Source of the DNA: an uncultured Bacillales bacterium
GTDB lineage: Bacteria; Bacillota_I; Bacilli_A; RFN20; CAG-288
DNA length: 64,000 nucleotides
Assembly (NCBI GenBank): GCA_905211645.1
Contig: CAJMBK010000002.1
Coordinates: forward strand, 12,148 to 76,147
Direction of reading: 5' to 3'
Made by a program: the position numbers and the translations under genes. Every line of letters begins with the position of its first letter. Positions within the stretch are counted from its first letter, which is position 1. Under the pieces are notes generated by a model, which ran no database searches, had not been told where the DNA came from, and saw only the letters and a program-made list of their open reading frames with translations. Positions 47,832 to 57,870 of this stretch are shown in pieces.

Positions 47832-49478
47832 TTATGCGTCGTAGAAGCAGGAACCACCGATAAATTCTCTCATCAAGGAGTTGTTAGGAACTAACTTATC
47901 ATTGATGTTATCGAAGTATTTCAAGAACTTCCTAAGTTTATTAGCAGTGGTGTATGTATCAGATGTTGTTGGAACTTCATTAAGAATTGGTAATGCGTAC
48001 TTCTTCATGATATTAAGTTCATATGGAAGTAAGGAGTTGAAGACGAAGTCTGCACCTTCTTGGTTAGCATAAATCCATTTGAACTCACCTTTTCTAACGC
48101 TAGGCCACATTCTGATTGTATCTTCCGCAGTAGCGTTTCTGGTACGGTAGTCTCTGACGATTCTTCTAAGTAATCTTAAGTCAGTTAATGACATTGGATT
48201 ATGATCGTCGATGTTAATTTGTGCTTGAGGAGCGATATAAATCTTGAATTTTTGGTGACGTGGGATACTTGGAGTCAATCTGTCATTTAAGGCGTGAATA
48301 CCTTCGATGATGATAATTTGATTTGGCTCAAGTTTAATTGGGTCAGCAGTCAAATGCTTCTTTGTCTTGAAATCAAAGATAGGTAAGCAAACTGTTTCAC
48401 CTTCAATCAAATTCAATAAGTCTTCATTGAATTGTTCAGTCTTCAAGGCTTCAATTGTTTCTAAATCGACATTACCATCTTCATCAAGAGGACATTCCTC
48501 TCTTGGTTTGTAGTAGTCGTCAATTGAGATTCTAATTGGGTTTAAGCCTCTGGACATAAGTTCCAATCTTAATCTATTAGCAAAGGTTGTTTTACCAGAA
48601 GAAGATGGACCAGCAATGCAAATTAACTTGAGTGAATTTGAATGGTTCTTAATCTTTTGACCTAAATCAGCAAGCATGTTGTTGTGATGGGATTCACACA
48701 TGTTGATGAAGTCGCAATCACCGTGTTCTTTAAGATATTTGTTGATTTTAGGTAAGGTGTCAATACCAACTGTTTTACCCCAGAGGGCGTTTTCAGAAAG
48801 TGTCTTACCGTAAGTTGGACTATCTTCAAATGGTGGGATTTGACCTTTTTCTTCAGCACGTGGATATTGAATTAAGAATCCGTTATCGAATGGTCTTAAG
48901 ATGTATTTAGTCAAATAACCTGTTGAAGGAACCATGTAACCGTACATGTAGTTGTAGTAATTTCCTAGTTTGTAGATATGACATGTTTCTTCTTTTCTCT
49001 TAGAGATTGAGAAGAGGTGGTCATCAAGATATTCTTTCTTGAAGATATCACGAGCTTGTTTGACTGTGACTAAGAATCTTTCAAGTGGAATATCCTTTTC
49101 AATAAGTTCTTTCAATGAGTTTCTTATTGAACTTAAAAGTTTGGTTGTGACAATGATTTCCTCACCTTTATTCGTGGTTAAGTGAGCAAATACAGTTCTT
49201 GAAACTGAGTAGGAGAATTTAAGTTTCCACTTAGGATTGATATCGTAAATAATCTTTGCGATAACAAGGCGTAAGCTTCTTTCATAAATTTTAACTGCAT
49301 CTGAATCAGTTAAATCGAGGAACTTAATTTGATCGTTCTCTTTTACTTGATATTGGTATGTTAATTCATGCAATCTGTTGTTGATTTTGACTGCATAATA
49401 CTTCTTTTTATCTTCCTCAGGCAAGGTGTCTAAAAGGGATGGCTTATCATCCTTGATAATTGTGTTTTGTATTTCCAT
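47832..49478 (-). CDS. uridine-kinase-family P-loop kinase fused to an N-terminal ~250-aa domain (TGS/ThrRS-N-like?)
   Basis: C-terminal half has the Udk/PRK P-loop GPSSSGKTTFANRL and a kinase core. The N-terminal half is unassigned. The start at 49478 (MEIQNT…) lies behind GAGGT. Confidence 0.6.
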   Translation of the reverse strand: MEIQNTIIKDDKPSLLDTLPEEDKKKYYAVKINNRLHELTYQYQVKENDQIKFLDLTDSDAVKIYERSLRLVIAKIIYDINPKWKLKFSYSVSRTVFAHLTTNKGEEIIVTTKLLSSIRNSLKELIEKDIPLERFLVTVKQARDIFKKEYLDDHLFSISKRKEETCHIYKLGNYYNYMYGYMVPSTGYLTKYILRPFDNGFLIQYPRAEEKGQIPPFEDSPTYGKTLSENALWGKTVGIDTLPKINKYLKEHGDCDFINMCESHHNNMLADLGQKIKNHSNSLKLICIAGPSSSGKTTFANRLRLELMSRGLNPIRISIDDYYKPREECPLDEDGNVDLETIEALKTEQFNEDLLNLIEGETVCLPIFDFKTKKHLTADPIKLEPNQIIIIEGIHALNDRLTPSIPRHQKFKIYIAPQAQINIDDHNPMSLTDLRLLRRIVRDYRTRNATAEDTIRMWPSVRKGEFKWIYANQEGADFVFNSLLPYELNIMKKYALPILNEVPTTSDTYTTANKLRKFLKYFDNINDKLVPNNSLMREFIGGSCFYDA

Positions 49479-49596
49479 AATTTTACCTCGTTTTGTAATT
49501 TTATATAAAAGCGCTTTCTTTTGCAATCATTTTACGCTCTAAAGACTGCAAGTTAATTATGATATAATTAACAACGTTGAAAAAGAGGTTTTAACT

Positions 49597-50073
49597 ATGG
49601 AAGAAAATACAAAAATTAAATTGACTCCTGAAGGTTTGAAAAAACTTCAGAAGGAATATGATGAATGTATCAATGTAAAGAGAGAGCAAATCAAGAAGGA
49701 TTTGGAACTTGCTAGAAGCCAAGGTGACTTATCCGAAAATGCTGACTACGATGCAGCAAGAAGTGCTCAAGCAGAAAATGAAGCAAGAATTAAAGATCTC
49801 AAGTTCAAACTTGATAACTACGAATTGATCACTCAAGATAAGACTAACGACAAAGTTACTCTTGGTTCCAAAGTAACATTCGTCAATGAAAAGACCAATG
49901 AAACAAGAACTGTTGTTATCTTAGGTGAAGAAGAACAAGATCCTGCAAATAATTTAATCTCTGAGAACTCACCTCTTGGTGTTGCATTGTTGGACAAGAA
50001 AGTTGGCGAAGATGCTCACGTTGAATGTAAAAATGACTACCACGTTAGAGTTCTTAATATTTCAAAGGAGTAA
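49597..50073 (+). CDS. greA: transcription elongation factor GreA
   Basis: 158 aa with a coiled-coil N-terminus carrying the acidic tip and an FKBP-like C-terminus. Confidence 0.9.
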   Translation: MEENTKIKLTPEGLKKLQKEYDECINVKREQIKKDLELARSQGDLSENADYDAARSAQAENEARIKDLKFKLDNYELITQDKTNDKVTLGSKVTFVNEKTNETRTVVILGEEEQDPANNLISENSPLGVALLDKKVGEDAHVECKNDYHVRVLNISKE

Positions 50074-50127
50074 TTTATTAACTGAGTAAGTTAAAATTGC
50101 AAAAAATAGAGAAAGAGATTTTAGAAA

Positions 50128-51612
50128 ATGAAATGCTTTTATTGCGGTTCTGAAACTAACGCAAACGGTATTTATTGTAAAAAGTGTGGCAAGAGAGTTG
50201 ACGGTTTAGTTGAGTGTCCTACTTGCCACAAACTTACTCCATACGGTAACTTCTGTGTTAACTGTGGAGGAAAATTAGAAATTAAGGATGAAACAATTCC
50301 TTACGGTATGACTAAACCTGAATTGGAAGAAAGTTATACAAGAATGCAAGACGCAGTTCTTTATGGAAATGGAAATAACGTAACTAACATTGCTACCCAA
50401 AGTTCAGTTGCTGCTCCAAGTCCTGAAGTAAAACCAGCAGTTGCTACGACTTCTTTTGCTGCTGCAACTATTGAAGAAGAAAAAACTTTGCAATTTAGCC
50501 CAGCTGTTAGAAATATCTTAAATTGGGTATCATTTGGTTTTGCTATCGCAGCAATTACCTTATGTATCATCTTCACATTCTTTATTGGTTACGGATATGC
50601 TGGTAACTATGAAATGACCGGTTTACCAAGCGATTTGTACTACGTATTCGATCCAGACAATTGGAAACAATTCTTCGATGTTAAGTTTAGTGAATATGGA
50701 ATTGTTGGTATGATTCTTGCAACTGTTACAACTTGTGCAATTATCTTAGGTATTATCGGTACCCTTATTTACACCATCATTAAATTCGTCAGATATTTCG
50801 AAAAGAAAGATACAAATTTAACAAAAGCTGCTCTTGTTACATATTTTGTTTATGTTGGTAGCATTGCTTTGTTCCTTGTTTCATCAAAGATTGGTAGTGC
50901 TGATATTCATTCCAATGCCTATTTCAAATTAAACGTAGCAACAACTTTAGGTCTTATCTTCTCAACACTTTGCCTTGTCACTACAATTTCAACTAAGTTA
51001 GTTGAAAATGGTATCTGTGGCACTATTAAAGCTTACTTGACTCATATTATCGGATATGGATTATTGCTCTTATTTGGTTGCATTGTCTTAGCAGTTATTG
51101 GTCAAGGATTAATTACCTTAAAGGTTGAAACGCTTGAAGGGTCATACTATGTTAATAGTTATTTAGGTAGCTATCCATTCTCAACCATACTTTCCGCCTT
51201 TGCAATTAACGCAAATGCAAGCTTCTCAAATTCAGAGTGGAATCAATTCGTTTTGAATTATGTTCTCACAATTATCGGCATGATTGGTGCAACAGTTTGC
51301 TTTGGATTATTCATTTCTTTCTTCACTGTTCAAATTAAAAACTTTGTTAACAGCGGTAAAATTGTTATGAAGAAATCCGCATTTGTTCAAGGTGTTATTT
51401 CAAGCTCTGCTTTGATACTTCTTGGTATCTTCTTAATCTTAGTTTTAATCAATGCTGCATATTTCTGCGGAATTGAAAATTCTGATAAAAGTAGAGTTGT
51501 TTACACTGCTCCTGTAATTGCAATTGTTATGGGTCTTTTCATGTTAGGGACTAACATTGCAATGAAGATCATAACTTCCAATAAGCACAAGGTTGAACAA
51601 GCCGCTGCTTAA
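50128..51612 (+). CDS. double zinc-ribbon N-terminal domain fused to a ~10-TM integral membrane domain; unknown function
   Basis: CFYCGSETNANGIYCKKCG and CPTCHKLTPYGNFCVNCGG ribbons, then an Ala/Thr-rich linker, then multiple hydrophobic helices. Confidence 0.55.
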   Translation: MKCFYCGSETNANGIYCKKCGKRVDGLVECPTCHKLTPYGNFCVNCGGKLEIKDETIPYGMTKPELEESYTRMQDAVLYGNGNNVTNIATQSSVAAPSPEVKPAVATTSFAAATIEEEKTLQFSPAVRNILNWVSFGFAIAAITLCIIFTFFIGYGYAGNYEMTGLPSDLYYVFDPDNWKQFFDVKFSEYGIVGMILATVTTCAIILGIIGTLIYTIIKFVRYFEKKDTNLTKAALVTYFVYVGSIALFLVSSKIGSADIHSNAYFKLNVATTLGLIFSTLCLVTTISTKLVENGICGTIKAYLTHIIGYGLLLLFGCIVLAVIGQGLITLKVETLEGSYYVNSYLGSYPFSTILSAFAINANASFSNSEWNQFVLNYVLTIIGMIGATVCFGLFISFFTVQIKNFVNSGKIVMKKSAFVQGVISSSALILLGIFLILVLINAAYFCGIENSDKSRVVYTAPVIAIVMGLFMLGTNIAMKIITSNKHKVEQAAA

Positions 51613-51626
51613 TTAAATTGAATTTC

Positions 51627-51662
51627 AACTGTTATCTCAGATTGCGAGGTAACAGTTTTTTC
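51627..51662 (+). terminator. rho-independent terminator
   Basis: AACTGTTA-N15-TAACAGTT stem followed by TTTTTTC. Confidence 0.55.
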
Positions 51663-51745
51663 TTTGCAAAAATTTAAAAATTTTTACAGAATATTTTTAA
51701 TTTTTTGATAGTCCATGCGATATATAGAGTAAAAGGAGGTAATTT

Positions 51746-52276
51746 ATGTTTAAAATCATTGCTATTATTGCAATTGCGACTATCGCTGGTTTATTTTGCT
51801 TGAGTAAAATTGATGTTAAAACAACGTCAGGTGGTGACACAGAAGATTCTTCTTATGTTGCTGGTGAACTTGTAAAGGTTTCAATTTCTGGTGAAATTAA
51901 TCACCCGGGAGATTACCAGATTGAAGCAACTAAAACTTTAGGAGATTTAATCGATTTAGCTGGCGGGGTTACTGCTGAAGCAGATCCAAACTCTTACATT
52001 TCAAGTTTAGTTATTGGCGAAAGAACTGATTTCTATATCGCTTGTGGCGTCACTTTACCTGAAGAATGTGTTGTTGAAACTATCGATAAAGTTAATATTA
52101 ATACTGCAAATATCGATGAACTTATGGATATAGGTTTTAAATCTAATCAAGCTGAAAATCTTGTTGAATACAGAAAAGAAAACGGCAGCTTTGAATGCTT
52201 AGAAGAGATTTTAGATGTCAGTGGTATCGGTGATGCAACATTTGCCAAACTTAAAGATTTGATCACTCTTAAATAG
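51746..52276 (+). CDS. comEA: competence protein ComEA (membrane-anchored HhH DNA-binding)
   Basis: N-terminal TM anchor. C-terminal tandem helix-hairpin-helix (…LDVSGIGDATFAKLKDLI). Confidence 0.8.
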   Translation: MFKIIAIIAIATIAGLFCLSKIDVKTTSGGDTEDSSYVAGELVKVSISGEINHPGDYQIEATKTLGDLIDLAGGVTAEADPNSYISSLVIGERTDFYIACGVTLPEECVVETIDKVNINTANIDELMDIGFKSNQAENLVEYRKENGSFECLEEILDVSGIGDATFAKLKDLITLK

Positions 52277-54255
52277 TGAAAATCCTATTTTTACTATTAT
52301 CTTTTTTAGCAGGAATTCTTTGTCACTTTAATTTATATTTCCTTTTGCTATTTATCCCTTTAATCATATTTATTTTCGTAAAAGAGAAATATAAATTTGG
52401 TTTCATATGCTTAGTTATTTCTGTTCTAGGTTGTATTTATCCATTTATTTCTTTTAAGGGTTTTGAAAATGATGATTCAGTTGTTGGTTTAGTTACAAGA
52501 CGTAGTGAAAATTACGTTCTAGTTTTAACATACAAAGGAAGTTACTATGTTTCTTGCAAACAAAATTCCTTAAATTTGTTGGATATTGTTAAAGTTACTG
52601 GAACAACAACTAATCTTGAATTTTCTAGATTTGAGATGGGTTTTGACTTCACCGACTATTTGAATTCTAAAGGTGTATTTAAAGAAATTAAAGGTAATAT
52701 AGAAACAATCTTTTCTAATCCTATAAAAGTGGAAAATATAAAGAATTATGTTTTGAAATTCTTTAATGTAGAATCCAAAGATATAGCAACTCAGATATTA
52801 TTTTCTACGAATACATTTGAAACTAATGATTATTCAGATTTCATCACTTTGATGAGCTTAAACTCTCTTTCAATCTACTATCTTTTAAATTTCATTGATA
52901 AATGGATTGATAAATTCAATGGTCCAATGTGGCTAAGAAAGTTATTTTCTTACTCAATTCTTTCATTTTTATTCTTTATCCATCAATTTAAGTATTCAAT
53001 TTTTAGGTTGCTTGCTGTTAGAGTGGTTAAAGAATTAAAGTTTGTAAGATTGAGTTCGCTGGAAATTAACTCATTGCTTTTATTTGTTACTTTGATAATT
53101 AATCCTTACTTTATCTTTTCAAAAACAACATTATTTACATTTCCAATCATCTTATTTTTCAATATCAGTTATCCAGTTTTAAATAAATTCAAGGGAATAA
53201 AAGGATTTTTAGTTAAGAATGTTCTTTTAATTCTTTTCATGATACCAATCATGGCTTTATCCGAATATAAGATTAACTTGATTAAGATTTTAATTACTCC
53301 AATCATATTTTTAATCTTCCAAAGACTTTATCTTTTGATGTTTATTACTTACATAATTTCACCAATTGGATTTTTGTTGAGTTACTTTTTGATTGGCTAC
53401 AAAGGTTTTATTTCAGGACTAGCTTTTATTGATATTAAGGTTGTTTTTGGTAGAGGAAACGAAGTATTGTTTGCTGTTTTCTATTTGATTTTCATTGCTT
53501 TTTTAGTTGCAATTGTCATGAGATTTGTAAAGACAGTTACGATTTTATCCTTCGTAACACCAATTATTTTGATTTTTGGAGCTTTACCAAATATTACAAA
53601 TCATTACGAAGTTCATTTTATTAATGTTGGTCAAGGTGATTGTGCATTAGTTCGATATAAGAAAGAAAATTTCTTAATTGATACTGGTGGAAGTATGTAT
53701 AACGATTTAGCAACTGAGTGCATAATTCCTTATTTGGAAAGTTTGAAAATATTTAAACTTGATTATGTCTTTATTTCACATAGAGATTTTGACCATTATG
53801 GTGCATTAGAGTCTCTAACTGAAAATTATGAAGTAGAAAAAGTACTGTATTCTGAAGATTTTTCTAGTGTAAAAGTCGATGATTTAGTTATTCAAAATCT
53901 TAATCATGTAAATTCATACACAGAAACAAATGATAAATCATCTGTTTTGAGATTTACTATTAAAGAAACTTCATTTTTGTTCACGGGTGATATTTCTAAA
54001 ACTGTTGAGGAAGATTTAATTAAACAACAAAATAATTTAATTGATTGCGATGTTTTAAAAGTTGCACATCATGGTTCAAATTCTTCATCATCAATTGAAT
54101 TTTTAGAAGAATGCTCACCAGAATTAGCAGTAATCTCATGCGGATTAAATAATATCTATAGACATCCAAGTGACGAAGTAATTTCAAATCTAGAAAAACT
54201 CAATATTGAATATAAGAGAACTGATTTGGATGGAACCGTGGTTTACAGGTGTTAA
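52276..54255 (+). CDS. comEC: DNA internalisation competence protein ComEC/Rec2 with C-terminal metallo-beta-lactamase domain
   Basis: Polytopic competence domain plus MBL-like motifs (HRDFDHYG, HHGS). GTG start overlaps the comEA stop (TAGTG). Confidence 0.8.
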   Translation: MKILFLLLSFLAGILCHFNLYFLLLFIPLIIFIFVKEKYKFGFICLVISVLGCIYPFISFKGFENDDSVVGLVTRRSENYVLVLTYKGSYYVSCKQNSLNLLDIVKVTGTTTNLEFSRFEMGFDFTDYLNSKGVFKEIKGNIETIFSNPIKVENIKNYVLKFFNVESKDIATQILFSTNTFETNDYSDFITLMSLNSLSIYYLLNFIDKWIDKFNGPMWLRKLFSYSILSFLFFIHQFKYSIFRLLAVRVVKELKFVRLSSLEINSLLLFVTLIINPYFIFSKTTLFTFPIILFFNISYPVLNKFKGIKGFLVKNVLLILFMIPIMALSEYKINLIKILITPIIFLIFQRLYLLMFITYIISPIGFLLSYFLIGYKGFISGLAFIDIKVVFGRGNEVLFAVFYLIFIAFLVAIVMRFVKTVTILSFVTPIILIFGALPNITNHYEVHFINVGQGDCALVRYKKENFLIDTGGSMYNDLATECIIPYLESLKIFKLDYVFISHRDFDHYGALESLTENYEVEKVLYSEDFSSVKVDDLVIQNLNHVNSYTETNDKSSVLRFTIKETSFLFTGDISKTVEEDLIKQQNNLIDCDVLKVAHHGSNSSSSIEFLEECSPELAVISCGLNNIYRHPSDEVISNLEKLNIEYKRTDLDGTVVYRC

Positions 54256-54308
54256 TTTGTGTCTTTATTTCTATTAATTAATATCTTATATTGATAAAAT
54301 TTAAATAT

Positions 54309-55151
54309 ATGAAAAGTAGTTATTTATTAATCGATTGCGGTAATACATCAACTGATTTTTATGGTACTAATCTTACAATTATGCAAAACGTTTTTTGTAA
54401 GGTTTCAAATCACTACATCAAGGAATTTGATTTGAACAAATTGCTTGAATATATCGCAATCCATGTTGAAAGAAAGAAGTTTGATGAAGTATTTATCTCA
54501 AGTGTAAATTCTTCAATTTTTAACATTGTTATCAAAGCTTTCAGCGAAGATACAAAGATTCATGTTCTTGATAAAACTGCAATGGAACATTTCATCAAGA
54601 AAGAGCATTATAAAATCGACAATATTGATTATTTAGGAGCAGATTTATTCTGCGATATCATTTCTTATCGTGACGCTAATGAAGGAGTTATCGTTCTTGA
54701 TTGCGGTACTGCAAGTAAAATCTTAGTTGTTAACAAGAATAAAGAATTCCTTGGTGGAATTATTTATCCAGGTATCAGTATCTGCAATAAAATTTTGTCA
54801 AATAACACAGATTTACTTGAAGATTATGAATTATCAGAACCTAAAAATATCATTTCATTGGATACTAAAGAAGCTATTGCTAGCGGAACAATTTATGGAA
54901 CATATTACTTGCTAGTTGGTTTAGTCGATAAGATTAAAGAAACTTATCATATGAGCAACCCAAAAATTGTTATGACTGGTGGTAACGCTGAAGTATTAAT
55001 CAATTCAAAGATATTTGAAAAATCAAGTTTCATCATTCATGATCCATTATTTATTCTTAAAGGTTTAGCCCGTGCTTACGATTTAGAATTAAATAGCGGT
55101 ATGACAAAATGGATTGATATCGATCCTTCACAATTCAGAAAGAAGAAATAA
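54309..55151 (+). CDS. coaX: type III pantothenate kinase (CoaX/Bvg accessory factor family)
   Basis: N-terminal LLIDCGNT (DxGNT) motif and the ASKHA fold. The alternative TTG at 54291 is in frame. Neither start has a strong SD. Confidence 0.6.
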   Translation: MKSSYLLIDCGNTSTDFYGTNLTIMQNVFCKVSNHYIKEFDLNKLLEYIAIHVERKKFDEVFISSVNSSIFNIVIKAFSEDTKIHVLDKTAMEHFIKKEHYKIDNIDYLGADLFCDIISYRDANEGVIVLDCGTASKILVVNKNKEFLGGIIYPGISICNKILSNNTDLLEDYELSEPKNIISLDTKEAIASGTIYGTYYLLVGLVDKIKETYHMSNPKIVMTGGNAEVLINSKIFEKSSFIIHDPLFILKGLARAYDLELNSGMTKWIDIDPSQFRKKK

Positions 55152-55187
55152 AATTTATCAGTAAGATTTAACTAGGAGAAATTTAAT

Positions 55188-56561
55188 ATGAAAAGTTATG
55201 AAGAATTAGTAAAACCTTATAAAGATGTTGCTTTGCAAAGTTTAGCAGAGCTTGTTGGAATCAACTCTGTTGATGATCCAAATACAAAAACTGCAGAAAA
55301 ACCTTTCGGTGAAGGTGTCTACAAAGCATTGGATTACCTTGCAAAACTTGGTGAATCACTCGGTTTTGAAGTAGATAGATGTGACAATTACTGCACTGAA
55401 TTAGCAACCGGTCAAGGTAAACTCATCGATATTTACTCCCATGCTGACGTTGTTCCAGTTTCTAATAACTGGGTTCACGATCCATTCAAATTAACAATTG
55501 AAGGTGACAAGATGTACGGTCGTGGTGCCTGCGATGATAAAGGCCCAGGAATTTCCGCTTTATTTGCTGCAAAAGCTTTGAAAGATAATGGTTTACTTGA
55601 TCCAAATGTCAGATTAAGAATCGTCTTTGGTGGTAACGAAGAAAAAGGTAGCAAGTGCCTTGAACATTACTTCCATGTTTTAAAGAAAGAATATCCAACA
55701 TTTGGTTTCACTCCAGATGCTGACTTCCCACTTATTTATGGTGAAAAATCAGTTTGTGATTACGAAGTTGAATACAACGTCAACTTAAAGACTGTTAAGA
55801 ACTTTGAATTTGGTAAAGCAACTAATATTGTTTTGGATAGAGTTGAAGTTTACTGCTTCTCCGATGAAGAAATCATCAAGAAAAATATCAAGAGTTACCT
55901 CAAAAAATATGCAGATACAGGTATCAAGATTGAGTACGATGATTACAAATTAACCTTCATTGGTAAACCATGCCATGGTTCTATCCCATGGGAAGGTTGT
56001 AACGCAGGTTTACATTTACTCAACTTCTTCGGTATCATGAATAACGAAAAAGTCTTGAAGAATATTTACAAGTATTACCACGATGGTAGAGGTGCTGCTT
56101 TCGGAGGTGATTACTCAAGTGAATACTTCAAAGACAGTTCTTACTGCATTGGTATGATGAAATATGTTGAAGGTAAAATTTCATTCATCGTTAACATGAG
56201 ATTGCCTGAAAATAAGAATATTGATGAAGTTATTGAACAAGTTAGAAAATCTACTGGTTGCGATAACTTAACTGTTAAATCTAGAGCGGAAGCTCTCTTA
56301 ATCGATCCAAATTCTTACTTAGTTAAGACATTAACAAACGTTTACAGAGAAGAAACAGGTGATAACACAACCCCAATTATGGCAATTGGCGGTGGTACAT
56401 ACGCAAAAGAAAGCAAAAACACAATTGCATTCGGTCCTACATTCCCAAATAGAGAATTCTATATTCACCAAGATGATGAGTATTTCTCAATTGAAGACTT
56501 TATGAAATGTATGGCAATCTACGCTCATGCAATTGTTGAATTATCCAAAGGTGCAAAATAA
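55188..56561 (+). CDS. M20-family dipeptidase (PepV/Sapep-like)
   Basis: Metal-binding motifs HADVVPV, CDDKGP and EE. About 457 aa, lid-domain type. Confidence 0.75.
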   Translation: MKSYEELVKPYKDVALQSLAELVGINSVDDPNTKTAEKPFGEGVYKALDYLAKLGESLGFEVDRCDNYCTELATGQGKLIDIYSHADVVPVSNNWVHDPFKLTIEGDKMYGRGACDDKGPGISALFAAKALKDNGLLDPNVRLRIVFGGNEEKGSKCLEHYFHVLKKEYPTFGFTPDADFPLIYGEKSVCDYEVEYNVNLKTVKNFEFGKATNIVLDRVEVYCFSDEEIIKKNIKSYLKKYADTGIKIEYDDYKLTFIGKPCHGSIPWEGCNAGLHLLNFFGIMNNEKVLKNIYKYYHDGRGAAFGGDYSSEYFKDSSYCIGMMKYVEGKISFIVNMRLPENKNIDEVIEQVRKSTGCDNLTVKSRAEALLIDPNSYLVKTLTNVYREETGDNTTPIMAIGGGTYAKESKNTIAFGPTFPNREFYIHQDDEYFSIEDFMKCMAIYAHAIVELSKGAK

Positions 56562-56564
56562 ACT

Positions 56565-57659
56565 ATGATTGAACATGAAATTAACCTTAAAGAAAAAGGT
56601 TTGATAAAAAGATTAACTAATAAGACTTTCCAATTTGATAAAAGATTTAAAGATGGTTTCTATACAGCAAACTATTTCTTAAAATCTCAAGAGATTGTTG
56701 TTAACAACTTTAAAGATAATGTTGTTATGATGCAGTTCTTCCAAAGAGCTGATAATGTTCATGTATGTGGATTGGATGAATGTATCGCTTTGCTTAAAGA
56801 ATTTTCACCTCATCCAGAAAATTTAACAGTTTATGCTTTAAATGATGGTGATTTAGTTCAATCAGGTGAACCAGTTTTGAAGATTGTCGGACCATACCAA
56901 GATTTTGGTTTCTTAGAGAGTGCAATCGATGGTATTTTAGCTAGAAGAAGTTCTGTTTGTACTAACTGTTTTGAAGTTGTCAAAGCTTGCAATGGTAAAA
57001 AGATTTTAAATATGGCTGATAGACAAGATGATCCTTACACTCAAGCAGGTGATGGATATGCTGCTTATGTTGCAGGTATGAGATTCTTTTCAACAGATGC
57101 ACAATGTGCTTGGACAAATTTAAAAGCAGGCGGCACAATGCCTCATGCTTTGATTGCTTTATGCAATGGTGACATTTTGAAAGCTAGTGATTTGTATATT
57201 AAACAATTCCCTAACGCACCATTTACTGCACTCATCGATTATCACAACAATGTTGTTTGGGATACAATTAAACTTGCAGATCATCTTAAAGAAAAACTTA
57301 CATCAGTAAGAATTGATACTTCCAAAGCTTTAATAGATCATTATTTTGATGATAAAGATACATCCGGATTTGACCCTCATGGTGTCTGTAAAGAACTTGT
57401 TTTAGCTTTAAGACACGAGCTTGATATCAGAGGTTACAACTTTGTTAAGATTGTTGTTTCGTCAGGTTTCTCACTTGAAAAGATTAAAGAATTTGAAAGA
57501 TTGAATATCCCAGTTGATGTTTACGGTATCGGCACTAACTTAATTAAAAATTGGGTTGGATTCACCGGTGATTTAGTTAAAGTAAATGGAAAAGACGAAG
57601 CAAAAGAAGGTCGTCATGAAATTTTCTCTTCAAGATTAATTGATGAAAAATTAGTGTAA
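56565..57659 (+). CDS. nicotinate phosphoribosyltransferase-family (type II PRTase) protein
   Basis: 364 aa. The N-terminal DGFYTANYFLKS resembles the NAPRTase DxYxxTM region. Shorter than canonical PncB. Confidence 0.45.
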   Translation: MIEHEINLKEKGLIKRLTNKTFQFDKRFKDGFYTANYFLKSQEIVVNNFKDNVVMMQFFQRADNVHVCGLDECIALLKEFSPHPENLTVYALNDGDLVQSGEPVLKIVGPYQDFGFLESAIDGILARRSSVCTNCFEVVKACNGKKILNMADRQDDPYTQAGDGYAAYVAGMRFFSTDAQCAWTNLKAGGTMPHALIALCNGDILKASDLYIKQFPNAPFTALIDYHNNVVWDTIKLADHLKEKLTSVRIDTSKALIDHYFDDKDTSGFDPHGVCKELVLALRHELDIRGYNFVKIVVSSGFSLEKIKEFERLNIPVDVYGIGTNLIKNWVGFTGDLVKVNGKDEAKEGRHEIFSSRLIDEKLV

Positions 57660-57664
57660 TTATT

Positions 57665-57709
57665 AGAGACTACTTGGAAATTATTAAGATTTCTAGGTAG
57701 TCTTTTTCA
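57665..57709 (+). terminator. rho-independent terminator
   Basis: AGACTACTTGG…CTAGGTAGTCT imperfect stem followed by TTTTT. Confidence 0.5.
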
Positions 57710-57795
57710 TATTTATCTATATTAATTATTAGTTAATAGTTCATTGATAATCCTTATATAAATTGAAAAAAATTTTGGTTTTTAGCACTTTTTAC

Positions 57796-57823
57796 TTGAC
57801 ACTGCTAAATTTATATGTATAAT
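57796..57823 (+). promoter_or_regulatory. sigma-70 promoter of the hrcA operon
   Basis: -35 TTGACA (57796-57801) and -10 TATAAT (57818-57823) with a 16-bp spacer. Confidence 0.6.
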
Positions 57824-57827
57824 TTTG

Positions 57828-57854
57828 TTAGCATTTAGAGAAAATGAGTGCTAA
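57828..57854 (+). promoter_or_regulatory. CIRCE element (HrcA operator)
   Basis: TTAGCATTT-N9-GAGTGCTAA versus consensus TTAGCACTC-N9-GAGTGCTAA. Lies between the -10 and the hrcA SD. A second half-degenerate copy sits at 57782-57808. Confidence 0.8.
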
Positions 57855-57870
57855 ATATGGAGGAGTTCAG

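Noticed and set aside
56565-57659. Calling the 364-aa protein definitively PncB
   Set aside because: It is markedly shorter than canonical nicotinate phosphoribosyltransferase. Only the N-terminal motif resemblance could be verified by eye. Left as a family-level call.
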